Positions 32,710-43,110 of a stretch of DNA of 64,000 nucleotides are shown one piece after another. Origin of the DNA: Methylotenera sp. (GTDB lineage: Bacteria > Pseudomonadota > Gammaproteobacteria > Burkholderiales > Methylophilaceae); contig JAUXNQ010000066.1 in assembly GCA_030682715.1 (NCBI GenBank), forward strand, positions 14,587-78,586, in the 5' to 3' direction. Position 1 is the stretch's first letter, and each line of letters opens with the position of its first letter. A model generated the notes under the pieces. That model was not told where the DNA came from. It saw nothing but the letters and a program-made list of their open reading frames with translations, and made no database searches. The position numbers were made by a program, and so were the translations under genes.

Positions 32710-33924
32710 ATGGAAGATCAAGTATTTATTGGACGTCAGCCAATTATGGATGTGAAGCAACACATCATCGGCTATGAGCTACTTTTTAGACACAGCGCCG
32801 ATGCTGATACCGCGATATTTGAAGACGAACTCAAAGCATGCTCAAGTGTATTAGTCAACACAATGGGTGATATGGATGTGCAATGGTTATTAGGCGATAA
32901 ACTAGCTTTCATCAACGTGAATGAAGCAATGCTCATGAGTGACTTCATTGAGCTCATGCCACCACAACGCACTGCCTTGGAAATTCTCCGCACGGTTATC
33001 GCAGGCGAAGCTATTATTGATCGCTGTAGAGCACTACACAAACTTGGATTCAAAATCGCACTAGATAATCCACATCTCAGCACACAATTAGAGCCACTGG
33101 TCGAGTTTGCTAACTTCATCAAAATAGACTCTCTAAGTGTTACCAAACAAGAGGCTAGTAAATTATTTCAAAAATACTCAGCACCCAACATACAAATGGT
33201 TGCGGAGAAAATTGAAACATTAGAGCAGTTTGATACCTACAAAGAAATTGGATTTAGACGCTTCCAAGGCTTCTATTTCGCTAGACCAGAAACATTTACT
33301 GCCAAAGTGATCAACCCATCATTTAATAGTGTATTAAATTTACTCAACCTAGTGACGCAAGATTCTGACAACATAGAAATTGAGAATGGATTTAAACGAG
33401 ATGCAGCTCTCTCATTTAAATTGCTACGCTACATTAACTCCGTAGGTTTTGGGCTTTCATGTGAAATCCAATCCATTAAACATGCACTTACTATTTTAGG
33501 TAGAAAACAACTTTACCGCTGGCTGACGTTACTGATGGTGACTGCTGGTGAAAATGCCACTCCTCCAGCCTTGATGAAAACGTCCATCACACGAGGACGT
33601 CTCACTGAACTATTAGGTGAAGGCTATTTTGATAAACATGATCGAGACAATTTATTCATCGTTGGCGTTTTTTCTTTATTAGATGCCATATTAAAAATGC
33701 CCATGGATCAGGTACTAGACAAAATTCAACTACCAGAAAATGTGTCCGAAGCGTTACTCAACCGCGGAGGTGTATACGGACCATTCTTGCAGCTAACAGA
33801 AGCTTGTGAAGGTGCTGATAGCGAACGCATATTAGAACTCGCAGAGCTTTTACAGTATGACGCCAACAAAGTAAATGAATGCCACATTGCTGCACTAGCA
33901 TGGGCAGAATCACTAAGTATTTAA
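32710..33924 (+). CDS. EAL + HDOD domain protein
   Basis: FIGRQPI, GYELLFR, FQGFYFARP, LSFKLLRYINS, GVFSLLDA. Confidence 0.85.
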   Translation: MEDQVFIGRQPIMDVKQHIIGYELLFRHSADADTAIFEDELKACSSVLVNTMGDMDVQWLLGDKLAFINVNEAMLMSDFIELMPPQRTALEILRTVIAGEAIIDRCRALHKLGFKIALDNPHLSTQLEPLVEFANFIKIDSLSVTKQEASKLFQKYSAPNIQMVAEKIETLEQFDTYKEIGFRRFQGFYFARPETFTAKVINPSFNSVLNLLNLVTQDSDNIEIENGFKRDAALSFKLLRYINSVGFGLSCEIQSIKHALTILGRKQLYRWLTLLMVTAGENATPPALMKTSITRGRLTELLGEGYFDKHDRDNLFIVGVFSLLDAILKMPMDQVLDKIQLPENVSEALLNRGGVYGPFLQLTEACEGADSERILELAELLQYDANKVNECHIAALAWAESLSI

Positions 33925-33961
33925 GCTAGGTTGAGCAAAGCATGCGCACATTAGGCAATTG

Positions 33962-34723
33962 TTAACCTCCACCATGTGCTAAGGCTATTGCCTGTCGCTC
34001 TAAAATATAGACATAACGGTTAATCAAACCTTCGTTACCCCTTGAAGGCTCAACGTACACAAAGCCAATACGGTGTTTAGGCACCACATCCTTTGTATGA
34101 ATCTCAGTAATATTTCTAACCATTAAAGTGAGGTTAGTTTCCCCCACATCTGGAAAACCGATCTTGCAACCACTTAGTGCTTGTCCAATCACTAAGGCTG
34201 GATTTAACGGCGCAGATACAAACGCACCAACGCCACCTAGGCTAACATCAACTAACGTCAGCTCAAGAACACTCTCAACCTCGGGGTCTAATACATCAAG
34301 GACTGGAATTCGACAGATAGCAGGGTTCGCAACAGGGGTAACGAACCGATAATAATCGCGGCGCTGGAGGCGGATTAAATCTTTAGGCAGTGCAATCTTA
34401 ATCGCCTTGCCATCTTTTAAATTAACTTCAGTAACTTGTGTACTGGTCCATTTAATTTTAACGCCATCTTCTTTTAAGAAAACTATGTGGCTACTTGCAA
34501 ACAATCGACGATTAAACTCCTCATCTACCCCAACATCCAAGTACACCGCACCTACTTTTTGGTCAATACTGACAATACTAGTCAGATATACGTCTGCGCC
34601 ATGGTTGAATGACACCTTGAGCATGGCTTTATGCTTGATCAAATCGTTCAAAATCTGCATAACCTCTTTAGGATTATGCACAATATACTGCTCTTCATTA
34701 TGATCAAATTTAGTATGTTCCAT
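33962..34723 (-). CDS. ycgR: Flagellar brake protein YcgR (PilZ domain)
   Basis: QRRDYYR (RxxxR) and DVSLGG (DxSxxG) PilZ motifs after a YcgR-N-like domain. Confidence 0.85.
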   Translation of the reverse strand: MEHTKFDHNEEQYIVHNPKEVMQILNDLIKHKAMLKVSFNHGADVYLTSIVSIDQKVGAVYLDVGVDEEFNRRLFASSHIVFLKEDGVKIKWTSTQVTEVNLKDGKAIKIALPKDLIRLQRRDYYRFVTPVANPAICRIPVLDVLDPEVESVLELTLVDVSLGGVGAFVSAPLNPALVIGQALSGCKIGFPDVGETNLTLMVRNITEIHTKDVVPKHRIGFVYVEPSRGNEGLINRYVYILERQAIALAHGGG

Positions 34724-34882
34724 GAATTTCCTATTAAGCTTTAATGCTCAGGTCTGACTACCTATCAACTAAAACTGATAACCAAACTTTACGATAGCGC
34801 ACAATATACAACACACCTTCGTTATTTAATTGCAAGAAATCACTGTAATATTCCCGCCTATTTAAACATTGAGTCCGCATAC

Positions 34883-34907
34883 AAAAAAGCCAGCGCATGG
34901 CTGACTT
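34883..34907 (-). terminator. Terminator after tRNA-Pro
   Basis: aagtcagc / gctggctt stem followed by a U run on the minus strand. Confidence 0.65.
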
Positions 34908-34927
34908 GATTGAAAAACTTCATTTTT

Positions 34928-35004
34928 TGGTCGGGACGGTGTGATTCGAACACACGACCCCTTGCACCCCATGCAAGTACGCTACCAGGCTGCGCTACGC
35001 CCCG
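34928..35004 (-). tRNA. tRNA-Pro(GGG)
   Basis: cggggcgtagcgcagcctggtagcg...cttgc atggggt gcaag...gttcgaatc...cccgacca; 77 nt cloverleaf with encoded CCA. Confidence 0.96.
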
Positions 35005-35087
35005 AACCTTTGTTACTCCTTACTTGTAACAAGGTTTGTATTATATCGCAAAAGCAATGCAGCTATAAAAATGAGCGTATAAAATAA

Positions 35088-35582
35088 TTAGCGTGCTGTA
35101 TGCGCTACGGTAAAGTCAGCACGTAATAAATTTAATATCTCACGTAACTCAGCTTTAACTTTAGCATAATCAAAAGCTTTAGCATCAGCATCTGTAGAAA
35201 CAGAACCTGACACAGTGCTTGGTGATGCTTCGTTAGCATCATGGGATTTTACTGTAGCCTGCTTATCCTGCTGACCAGACTTACCATTAAACTCTGCGAC
35301 ATCAAGGCGGTTACGAGCACCGCTAATGGTAAAGCCCTGCTCATATAACAACTCGCGAATACGGCGGATTAGCAATACTTCATGATGTTGATAATAGCGA
35401 CGATTACCGCGTCGCTTAACTGGTTTAAGTTGAGTAAACTCCTGCTCCCAGTATCTTAATACGTGGGGTTTTACACCACAAAGCTCGCTAACCTCACCAA
35501 TTGTAAAGTAGCGCTTTGCTGGAATTGGTGGCAATTGCACCTTGGCGACCTGCTCACTCATACTTTCGGCTTTCTCACTCAT
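35088..35582 (-). CDS. MerR-family regulator (ihfA-linked)
   Basis: PAKRYFTIGEVSELC..KPHVLRYWEQEF..LKPVKRRGNRRYY. Confidence 0.9.
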   Translation of the reverse strand: MSEKAESMSEQVAKVQLPPIPAKRYFTIGEVSELCGVKPHVLRYWEQEFTQLKPVKRRGNRRYYQHHEVLLIRRIRELLYEQGFTISGARNRLDVAEFNGKSGQQDKQATVKSHDANEASPSTVSGSVSTDADAKAFDYAKVKAELREILNLLRADFTVAHTAR

Positions 35583-35679
35583 ATTGCTATTACATTAAGA
35601 AAACTACTACCCAACACTACCAACCAACTTGAGACTGACCTTGATATAAAACAGTAGTCAGCTCAAGATGAAAAATCAT

Positions 35680-35979
35680 TTATGCAGCGAAGTTTGCATC
35701 AACCTTGCATTTTAATTTCTGACTAGCGTGGAAAGTAACCACGCGACGTGCAGTAATTGGTATTTCTTCACCAGTTTTTGGGTTGCGCCCTGGACGCTCT
35801 GATTTTTGACGCAACTCGAAGTTACCAAAGCCTGACAACTTCACACTATCGCCAGCCTCTAACGCAGTACGCACTTCTTCAAAAAATGCTTCTACCATAT
35901 CCTTGGCTTCACGCTTATTCAACCCAACTTGCTCATACAATAAATCAGCAAGCTCAGCTTTTGTTAAAGTCATAAACAC
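35680..35979 (-). CDS. ihfA: Integration host factor alpha
   Basis: [46 protein letters not shown]. Confidence 0.97.
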   Translation of the reverse strand: MFMTLTKAELADLLYEQVGLNKREAKDMVEAFFEEVRTALEAGDSVKLSGFGNFELRQKSERPGRNPKTGEEIPITARRVVTFHASQKLKCKVDANFAA

Positions 35980-36072
35980 TCCCGTTTTTTTAATGCTTTG
36001 TATCGCTATTTAATATTATTGATTGATGCCTGATTCAAAAAATAAATCCTCTCATGCTGCTGTATGGAGAAT

Positions 36073-38442
36073 TTAGTTTCTTAATATTGCATCAAATTTT
36101 ATTTGCAACAATTGTAGCAGATTTGCGATTGCTGTATCAGCATCACCATCTGTTAATGTCTTTTGAGTATCGTGCATAAGTACTGATAATGCAAGGCTTT
36201 TTTTACTTTCTGGCACACCTTTTCCTTGATACAAATCGAACAATGCCACATCTGCAATCAACGGTATATTTTCTTTATTAATTGCATTCAGCACCGTTTG
36301 TACAGCAATATTCTCATCTAAAACAATTGCCAGATCACGACGTACAGGCAACAACTTTGAAACCTCTTGATAAACTGGTAATGCACGATTCACCAAGGCA
36401 TCAGCATCAAGCTCAAATAAGTAAGTGCTCTTAGCTAAATCATAATGCTGTTGCCATTTAGGATGTAGCTTACCCAACCAACCAACTGCTTTTCCATTTA
36501 GCAATATCCGTGCTGTCTGTCCTGGATGCAAGGCTGAGTGTTCAGACTTTTCATAAACAACTTGCTTCAGCAAACCATCGCCACCTAGCAGAGTATCTAC
36601 ATGCGCTTTTACATCAAAGAAATCGATATCTGCATTAGTTGCCGCCCATTGCTCAGGTTTGGCACTGCCGTAAGCAAGACCAGAAACACGCGTAGTTTCA
36701 TGATAAGTGCCAGCCTGCTGATGAAATACAGCACCAATTTCAAATAAATAAGCGCGCTCTTGCTTGCGATTTAGGTTATAAGTAAGGGTATCCAACAACC
36801 CACCCCACAAACTGGTGCGCATCACACTTAAATTGCTTGCAATCGGGTTTTTAAGTTTAATAGGTGAATGATTACCCAATAAGTCACGCTCCCAACTTTC
36901 ATCCACAAAACTGTAAGTCACCACCTCTTGGTAACCTGCTGACACTAATCCGTCACGCAGTTGATTCAGATGCAAATGTTGCTCTGGTGATGCAAGCATA
37001 TTTAAAGCAGCAACTGGTGGTGCTGCAGGGATATGGTCGTAACCGTGCAAACGGGCAATCTCTTCAATTAAATCTTCTTCGATTGTAATATCAAAGCGGT
37101 AGCTAGGAGGCGTAACCGAGAATATATCGTCAGCGCATTCAAATGCAAAACCGAGCTGAGTTAATAGTTGTGCAACATTTTGCTGTTCAAGGCTGATTCC
37201 CAGTACAGATACTAAGCGCGACATTCTCAATTTCACTGAGTCACGCGCAGGCAATGTTGTCAACACTTCGGTAACAGGGCCTACTTGTCCGCCGCACAAT
37301 GTTTTAATCAATGACGTTGCGTATTCAATGGCATTGCGCGTATTACCAAAATCAACACCGCGCTCAAAACGGTAGGATGAATCTGTACTAAAGCCCAATC
37401 TACGTGCTTTACCTGCAATAACGGCTGGCGTGAAGAAAGCACTTTCTAAGAAAATATCAGTAGTAGCATCGCTCACAGCGCTAGACTGACCACCCATCAC
37501 ACCAGCAAGTGCAAGTGGACCATTAGCATCAGCGATGAGCAAATCATCTGATTTCAATTGTATCGTCTGGTCATTAAGCAAACCAATAGACTCACCCCCA
37601 CTGGCAAAGCGCACAGTAATATCGCCGCGTAATTTAGCTGCATCAAACGCATGCATCGGCTGGCCTAACGCTAGCAACACGTAATTTGTGATATCGACCA
37701 CAACACTAATACTACGCAAACCGCTACGCTCTAAACGCTTTACCATCCAAGCTGGCGTAGCAGCCTGAGCGTTGATGCCACGAATCAAGCGTCCGCAATA
37801 GCACGGGCAAGCAACAGACTCATTCACGATAACTTGTTTTGTTTCTGCATGTTCGGCAGTAATAGGTGTAATAGCCGCAAAATTGGTAGTCGCGCCCGTA
37901 ATAGCGGCTACATCACGTGCGATACCAGTCAAACTTAAACAATCGCTGCGGTTAGGGGTCAGTTTTAATGTAAAAAGATGGTCATCTAAATCCAAATACT
38001 CACGAATATCCTGCCCCACTACAGCATCACTATCCAACTCAAGCAAACCCGTTGCTTCAGCGGTAATACCAAGCTCTTTAGATGAACACATCATGCCGAA
38101 CGATTCTATGCCGCGCACTTTCGCTTGTTTAATAGAAATACCTGGCAACTCGGCACCCACTAAAGCACATGGTGCAATTAACCCAGCACGCGCATTAGAT
38201 GCACCACATACGATCTGCAATGGTGCAGAAAGCCCCACATCCACCTGACACACCTGAAGGCGATCCGCATCTGGATGCTTCTCGGCAGAGATAATTTTAG
38301 CCACAACCACTTTGCTAAATGTAGCTGCAACAGGCTGCATTTCTTCAACCTCAAGCCCTGCCATTGTTAAGGCATGACTAAGAGCCTGACTATCCAAGTC
38401 AGTATTCACTAAACTACGTAACCAATTTTCTGAAAATTGCAT
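36073..38442 (-). CDS. pheT: Phenylalanine-tRNA ligase beta subunit
   Basis: MQFSENWLR, HPDADRL, LTPNRSDCLS, SYRFERGVD, RRDLA. Confidence 0.97.
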   Translation of the reverse strand: MQFSENWLRSLVNTDLDSQALSHALTMAGLEVEEMQPVAATFSKVVVAKIISAEKHPDADRLQVCQVDVGLSAPLQIVCGASNARAGLIAPCALVGAELPGISIKQAKVRGIESFGMMCSSKELGITAEATGLLELDSDAVVGQDIREYLDLDDHLFTLKLTPNRSDCLSLTGIARDVAAITGATTNFAAITPITAEHAETKQVIVNESVACPCYCGRLIRGINAQAATPAWMVKRLERSGLRSISVVVDITNYVLLALGQPMHAFDAAKLRGDITVRFASGGESIGLLNDQTIQLKSDDLLIADANGPLALAGVMGGQSSAVSDATTDIFLESAFFTPAVIAGKARRLGFSTDSSYRFERGVDFGNTRNAIEYATSLIKTLCGGQVGPVTEVLTTLPARDSVKLRMSRLVSVLGISLEQQNVAQLLTQLGFAFECADDIFSVTPPSYRFDITIEEDLIEEIARLHGYDHIPAAPPVAALNMLASPEQHLHLNQLRDGLVSAGYQEVVTYSFVDESWERDLLGNHSPIKLKNPIASNLSVMRTSLWGGLLDTLTYNLNRKQERAYLFEIGAVFHQQAGTYHETTRVSGLAYGSAKPEQWAATNADIDFFDVKAHVDTLLGGDGLLKQVVYEKSEHSALHPGQTARILLNGKAVGWLGKLHPKWQQHYDLAKSTYLFELDADALVNRALPVYQEVSKLLPVRRDLAIVLDENIAVQTVLNAINKENIPLIADVALFDLYQGKGVPESKKSLALSVLMHDTQKTLTDGDADTAIANLLQLLQIKFDAILRN

Positions 38443-38512
38443 AATGCTTTTACAACCTTAAATTAAGGATTAAATATGTAAGTACTCAGTGTGCGTTTTG
38501 CAAACTGTCGAG

Positions 38513-39556
<1,044 letters not shown>

Positions 39557-39641
39557 TCAAAGTGATGCTAACAATACATCACAATAGATTTTTGTAATAC
39601 GTTGATTTGCATGTAAAAAATGCAAGGTAGGATTTTACAAC

Positions 39642-39670
39642 AAAAAAAAGAGGCCGAAGCCTCTTTTTTT
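39642..39670. terminator. Terminator after rplT
   Basis: A8-gaggc-cgaa-gcctc-T7. Confidence 0.85.
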
Positions 39671-39711
39671 ACTCAAACTTAAATTAAGTTTGAAAAGTAC
39701 TAACCTATCGG

Positions 39712-40071
39712 TTAAGCCGCTAAACCTGCTTTTGCTAATTCAACGAATTTTGCAAATGCAGCTTTATCAAACACAGCCAAGTCAGCCAAAACTTTACGAT
39801 CCACTTCAATCGCAGCTTTTTTCAAGCCATTCATGAAACGGCTATATGTCAAACCGAATTCACGTGAACCTGCGTTAATACGTGCGATCCACAATGTACG
39901 GAATTGGCGTTTCTTTTGACGACGGTCACGATAAGCGTACTGACCCGCTTTCATTACCGCCTGTTTAGCTACGCGGTAAACGTTTTTACGACGACCACGG
40001 TAGCCTTTAGCTGCTTTTAATACTTTTTTGTGTCTAGCGCGAGCGATGACACCACGTTTTACTCTAGGCAT
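39712..40071 (-). CDS. rplT: 50S ribosomal protein L20
   Basis: MPRVKRGV...AKGYRGRRK...[11 protein letters not shown]. Confidence 0.98.
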   Translation of the reverse strand: MPRVKRGVIARARHKKVLKAAKGYRGRRKNVYRVAKQAVMKAGQYAYRDRRQKKRQFRTLWIARINAGSREFGLTYSRFMNGLKKAAIEVDRKVLADLAVFDKAAFAKFVELAKAGLAA

Positions 40072-40080
40072 ATTTTACTC

Positions 40081-40278
40081 CTATTGTGTTGGCATCATAG
40101 CGCGGACGCGCTTGACATCAGTTGAAGAAATGATCGCCGTGCCGCGTAATTTACGCTTTTGCTTGGTGGTCTTTTTCGTTAGGATATGGCGCAAGTGAGA
40201 GTGTGTACGTTTCACTTTACCATTACCCAAGAATTTAAAGCGCTTTTTAGCGCCACTCTTGGTTTTCATTTTTGGCAT
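40081..40278 (-). CDS. rpmI: 50S ribosomal protein L35
   Basis: [23 protein letters not shown]. Confidence 0.98.
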   Translation of the reverse strand: MPKMKTKSGAKKRFKFLGNGKVKRTHSHLRHILTKKTTKQKRKLRGTAIISSTDVKRVRAMMPTQ

Positions 40279-40391
40279 TTTGTTCTCCTTTAGAGTGGTT
40301 AAGAGTGCTTAGGCATGCCTTTTAGCCGTATCACTCAGGGTACTACTTACTACTTCTTTACTGCAATTACCTCAGTATCAAACTTAAGTAA

Positions 40392-40916
40392 TTACTTAAC
40401 TTTCTTAATCGGACCCAATACCATCACCATTTGGCGGCCTTCCATTTTCGGGTATTGTTCAACGATTGCGTATTCTTTTAAATCTGCTTCAACACGTTTC
40501 AATAAAGCCATACCAAACTCTTGGTGCGTAATTTCACGGCCTCTAAAGCGCAAAGTAATTTTTGCCTTATCACCTTCTTGAATGAATCGAATGATATTGC
40601 GCACTTTAATGTTGTAATCGCCATCATCAGTCCCTGGACGGAACTTGATCTCTTTTACAACCACTTGTTTTTGCTTAAGCTTAACTTCGTGCTGTCTTTT
40701 ACTTTCGGCATATTTAAACTTGCCGTAGTCCATCAATCTGCAAACAGGCGGCGCCGCATTTGGCGCTATCTCTACAAGATCAATGTCAGCTTCTTCCGCT
40801 TTTGCAAAAGCTTCCGCTAAACTCACAATACCTAAGGGCTCACCCTCAACACCCACCAAACGAACCTGCGACCCTGTAATGTCGCCATTAATTCGCGTTT
40901 CTTTATCTTGTGCTAT
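40392..40916 (-). CDS. infC: Translation initiation factor IF-3 (non-canonical ATA start)
   Basis: GGAG RBS then ATA-GCA-CAA-GAT-AAA-GAA-ACG-CGA-ATT-AAT, in frame with the track ORF; [20 protein letters not shown]. Confidence 0.92.
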   Translation of the reverse strand: MAQDKETRINGDITGSQVRLVGVEGEPLGIVSLAEAFAKAEEADIDLVEIAPNAAPPVCRLMDYGKFKYAESKRQHEVKLKQKQVVVKEIKFRPGTDDGDYNIKVRNIIRFIQEGDKAKITLRFRGREITHQEFGMALLKRVEADLKEYAIVEQYPKMEGRQMVMVLGPIKKVK

Positions 40917-40955
40917 ATCAAATTCTCCAAATAGTTAAGCCGTGCACCTGTTTGC

Positions 40956-42863
40956 TCAAACCTTAGCTTCAATCTCTGCTTTTAGGCGCTCAATTACTGC
41001 GTCAATCGGCATAGAACCTAGGTCTTCACCTTTTCTGGTACGCACGGCCAAATGTCCTGCTTGCATCTCGCGCTCACCTGCCACTAGCAGATAAGGCATT
41101 TTTTGCATGCTATGTTCGCGTATTTTATAGGTAATCTTCTCATTTCTCAAGTCAAATTCGCATCGAATGCCATTTTGTTTCAAAGTTTCAACTACTTGGC
41201 GTACGTAATCTGCCTGACTTTCTGAAATATTTAACACCATCACTTGCACTGGCGCAAGCCACAATGGCATTGCACCTGCGTAGTTCTCGATCAATATGCC
41301 TATAAAACGCTCCATAGAACCAACGATGGCACGATGCAACATCACTGGACGCTGACGTGAATTATCTTCCGCAACATACTCAGCACCTAGACGTTCTGGT
41401 AAGTTGAAGTCGAGTTGAATGGTACCGCATTGCCAGAGACGACCCAAGCTGTCTTTCAATGTAAACTCAATTTTAGGGCCGTAAAAAGCACCTTCACCTG
41501 GCTGCAAATCAAAAGCTTGGTTATTTTTATTTAAAGCATTCGCCAATGCTGCTTCTGCTTTATCCCATGTCTCATCAGCACCTACGCGCTTTTCTGGGCG
41601 TGTTGATAACTTAACCAGCACATCATTAAAGCCGAAATCACCATACGCCCTATAAAGCATCTGGATAAAGTCGGCCACTTCAGCTTCCACTTGATCTTCA
41701 CTACAAAAGATATGTGCATCATCTTGTGTAAAACCACGTACACGCATCAAACCATGCAAAGAGCCTGACGGCTCATTACGGTGACAAGAACCAAACTCAG
41801 CCAAACGTAATGGCAAATCTCGATAGCTATGCAACTGGTTATTAAAAATCTGCACATGGCCAGGACAGTTCATCGGCTTCACGGCGTATTCACGATTTTC
41901 AGACGAAGTCACAAACATATTGTCATGATAATTTTGCCAGTGACCAGACTGCTCCCACAGCGTCTTATCCATGACAGTAGGGGTACGTACTTCCTGATAA
42001 CCAAAGTCTTTAAACATTTGGCGCATATATTGCTCAACCTCTTGCCAAATGCTCCATCCACGTGGGTGCCAAAACACCATACCAGGTGCGTTGTCTTGCA
42101 TATGAAAATAATCCAATTGCTTACCAAGTTTACGATGGTCGCGCTTTTCTGCTTCTTCGAGCTGAAATAAATAAGCTTCCAACTCTTCCTTGTTGCGCCA
42201 AGCAGTGCCGTACACGCGTTGCAACATTTCATTATTACTATCGCCGCGCCAGTATGCACCAGCCAACTTCATTAGCTTGAATGATTTAAGTTTACCTGTG
42301 CTTGGCACATGTGGACCGCGACATAAGTCAGTAAAGCTGCCCTCTGTATATAGCGAAACATCTTCACCAGCTGGAATAGACCCAATAATTTCAGCCTTGT
42401 ACTGCTCACCAATACTTTTAAAATAAGCAATAGCTTCATCGCGCGGTAATACTTTTCTCATGACTGGCTCATCTTTTTTAGCGAGCTCAGCCATTTTCTT
42501 TTCAATCGCAATTAAATCTTCTGGTGTAAATGGGCGCTTATATGAAAAATCATAATAAAAACCATTGTCGATGACAGGACCTATTGTCACTTGCGCATCT
42601 GGAAATAACTCCTTCACAGCATATGCTAGCAAGTGAGCAGTTGAGTGACGAATAACTTCCAAGCCTTCTGGGTTTTTGTCAGTGATAATCGCTAAGTCGC
42701 TATCAACCTCAATTAAATAACTAGTATCTACTAACCTGTCATTCACTTTACCTGCTAGTGCTGCTTTGGCTAAGCCAGCACCGATATTCATGGCGACCTC
42801 AGCCACTGTGACTGGCTGATCAAAACTACGTTGCGACCCATCGGGCAAGCGAATGACTGGCAT
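40956..42863 (-). CDS. thrS: Threonine-tRNA ligase
   Basis: [42 protein letters not shown]. Confidence 0.98.
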   Translation of the reverse strand: MPVIRLPDGSQRSFDQPVTVAEVAMNIGAGLAKAALAGKVNDRLVDTSYLIEVDSDLAIITDKNPEGLEVIRHSTAHLLAYAVKELFPDAQVTIGPVIDNGFYYDFSYKRPFTPEDLIAIEKKMAELAKKDEPVMRKVLPRDEAIAYFKSIGEQYKAEIIGSIPAGEDVSLYTEGSFTDLCRGPHVPSTGKLKSFKLMKLAGAYWRGDSNNEMLQRVYGTAWRNKEELEAYLFQLEEAEKRDHRKLGKQLDYFHMQDNAPGMVFWHPRGWSIWQEVEQYMRQMFKDFGYQEVRTPTVMDKTLWEQSGHWQNYHDNMFVTSSENREYAVKPMNCPGHVQIFNNQLHSYRDLPLRLAEFGSCHRNEPSGSLHGLMRVRGFTQDDAHIFCSEDQVEAEVADFIQMLYRAYGDFGFNDVLVKLSTRPEKRVGADETWDKAEAALANALNKNNQAFDLQPGEGAFYGPKIEFTLKDSLGRLWQCGTIQLDFNLPERLGAEYVAEDNSRQRPVMLHRAIVGSMERFIGILIENYAGAMPLWLAPVQVMVLNISESQADYVRQVVETLKQNGIRCEFDLRNEKITYKIREHSMQKMPYLLVAGEREMQAGHLAVRTRKGEDLGSMPIDAVIERLKAEIEAKV

Positions 42864-42883
42864 ACAAACTCTCTCTAAAACAC

Positions 42884-42903
42884 AAAAGCCGCAAGCGGCT
42901 TTT
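42884..42903. terminator. Terminator-like hairpin just upstream of the thrS RBS
   Basis: aaaagccgc-aa-gcggctttt. Confidence 0.6.
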
Positions 42904-43028
42904 TAATGACATAAGGTACAAAGATTGGAATTATCTCACAGCAAGATAAAAGACTGCAATTTATCATGCACTGTATTTATAAGTTAAAACAAGTAAATAT
43001 GTATTGCTTAAATATCGCGTGCAAATAA

Positions 43029-43061
43029 AAACGAGCCCATCTTTGCAGATAAGGCTCGTTT
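43029..43061 (-). terminator. Terminator of the FecA-like receptor gene
   Basis: aaacgagcc / ggctcgttt stem, U-rich tail on the minus strand. Confidence 0.7.
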
Positions 43062-43110
43062 AAGTTTAATGCTTTATTACCCTACATCACTGCAAAGTAA
43101 TAAAGTTTTA

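Noticed and set aside
32660-34800. Sigma28 promoters for the EAL gene and ycgR
   Set aside because: A TAAAGTTT occurs upstream of ycgR but the -10 match is weak and misspaced; the EAL-side match lacks a good -35.
35628-35667. IHF autoregulatory site or sRNA in the ihfA-merR spacer
   Set aside because: A loose hairpin exists but the IHF consensus is not met and there is no promoter/terminator pair.
42910-42935. attR copy of the tRNA-Val 3' end
   Set aside because: Only a short agatt-gaa resemblance; not distinguishable from chance.
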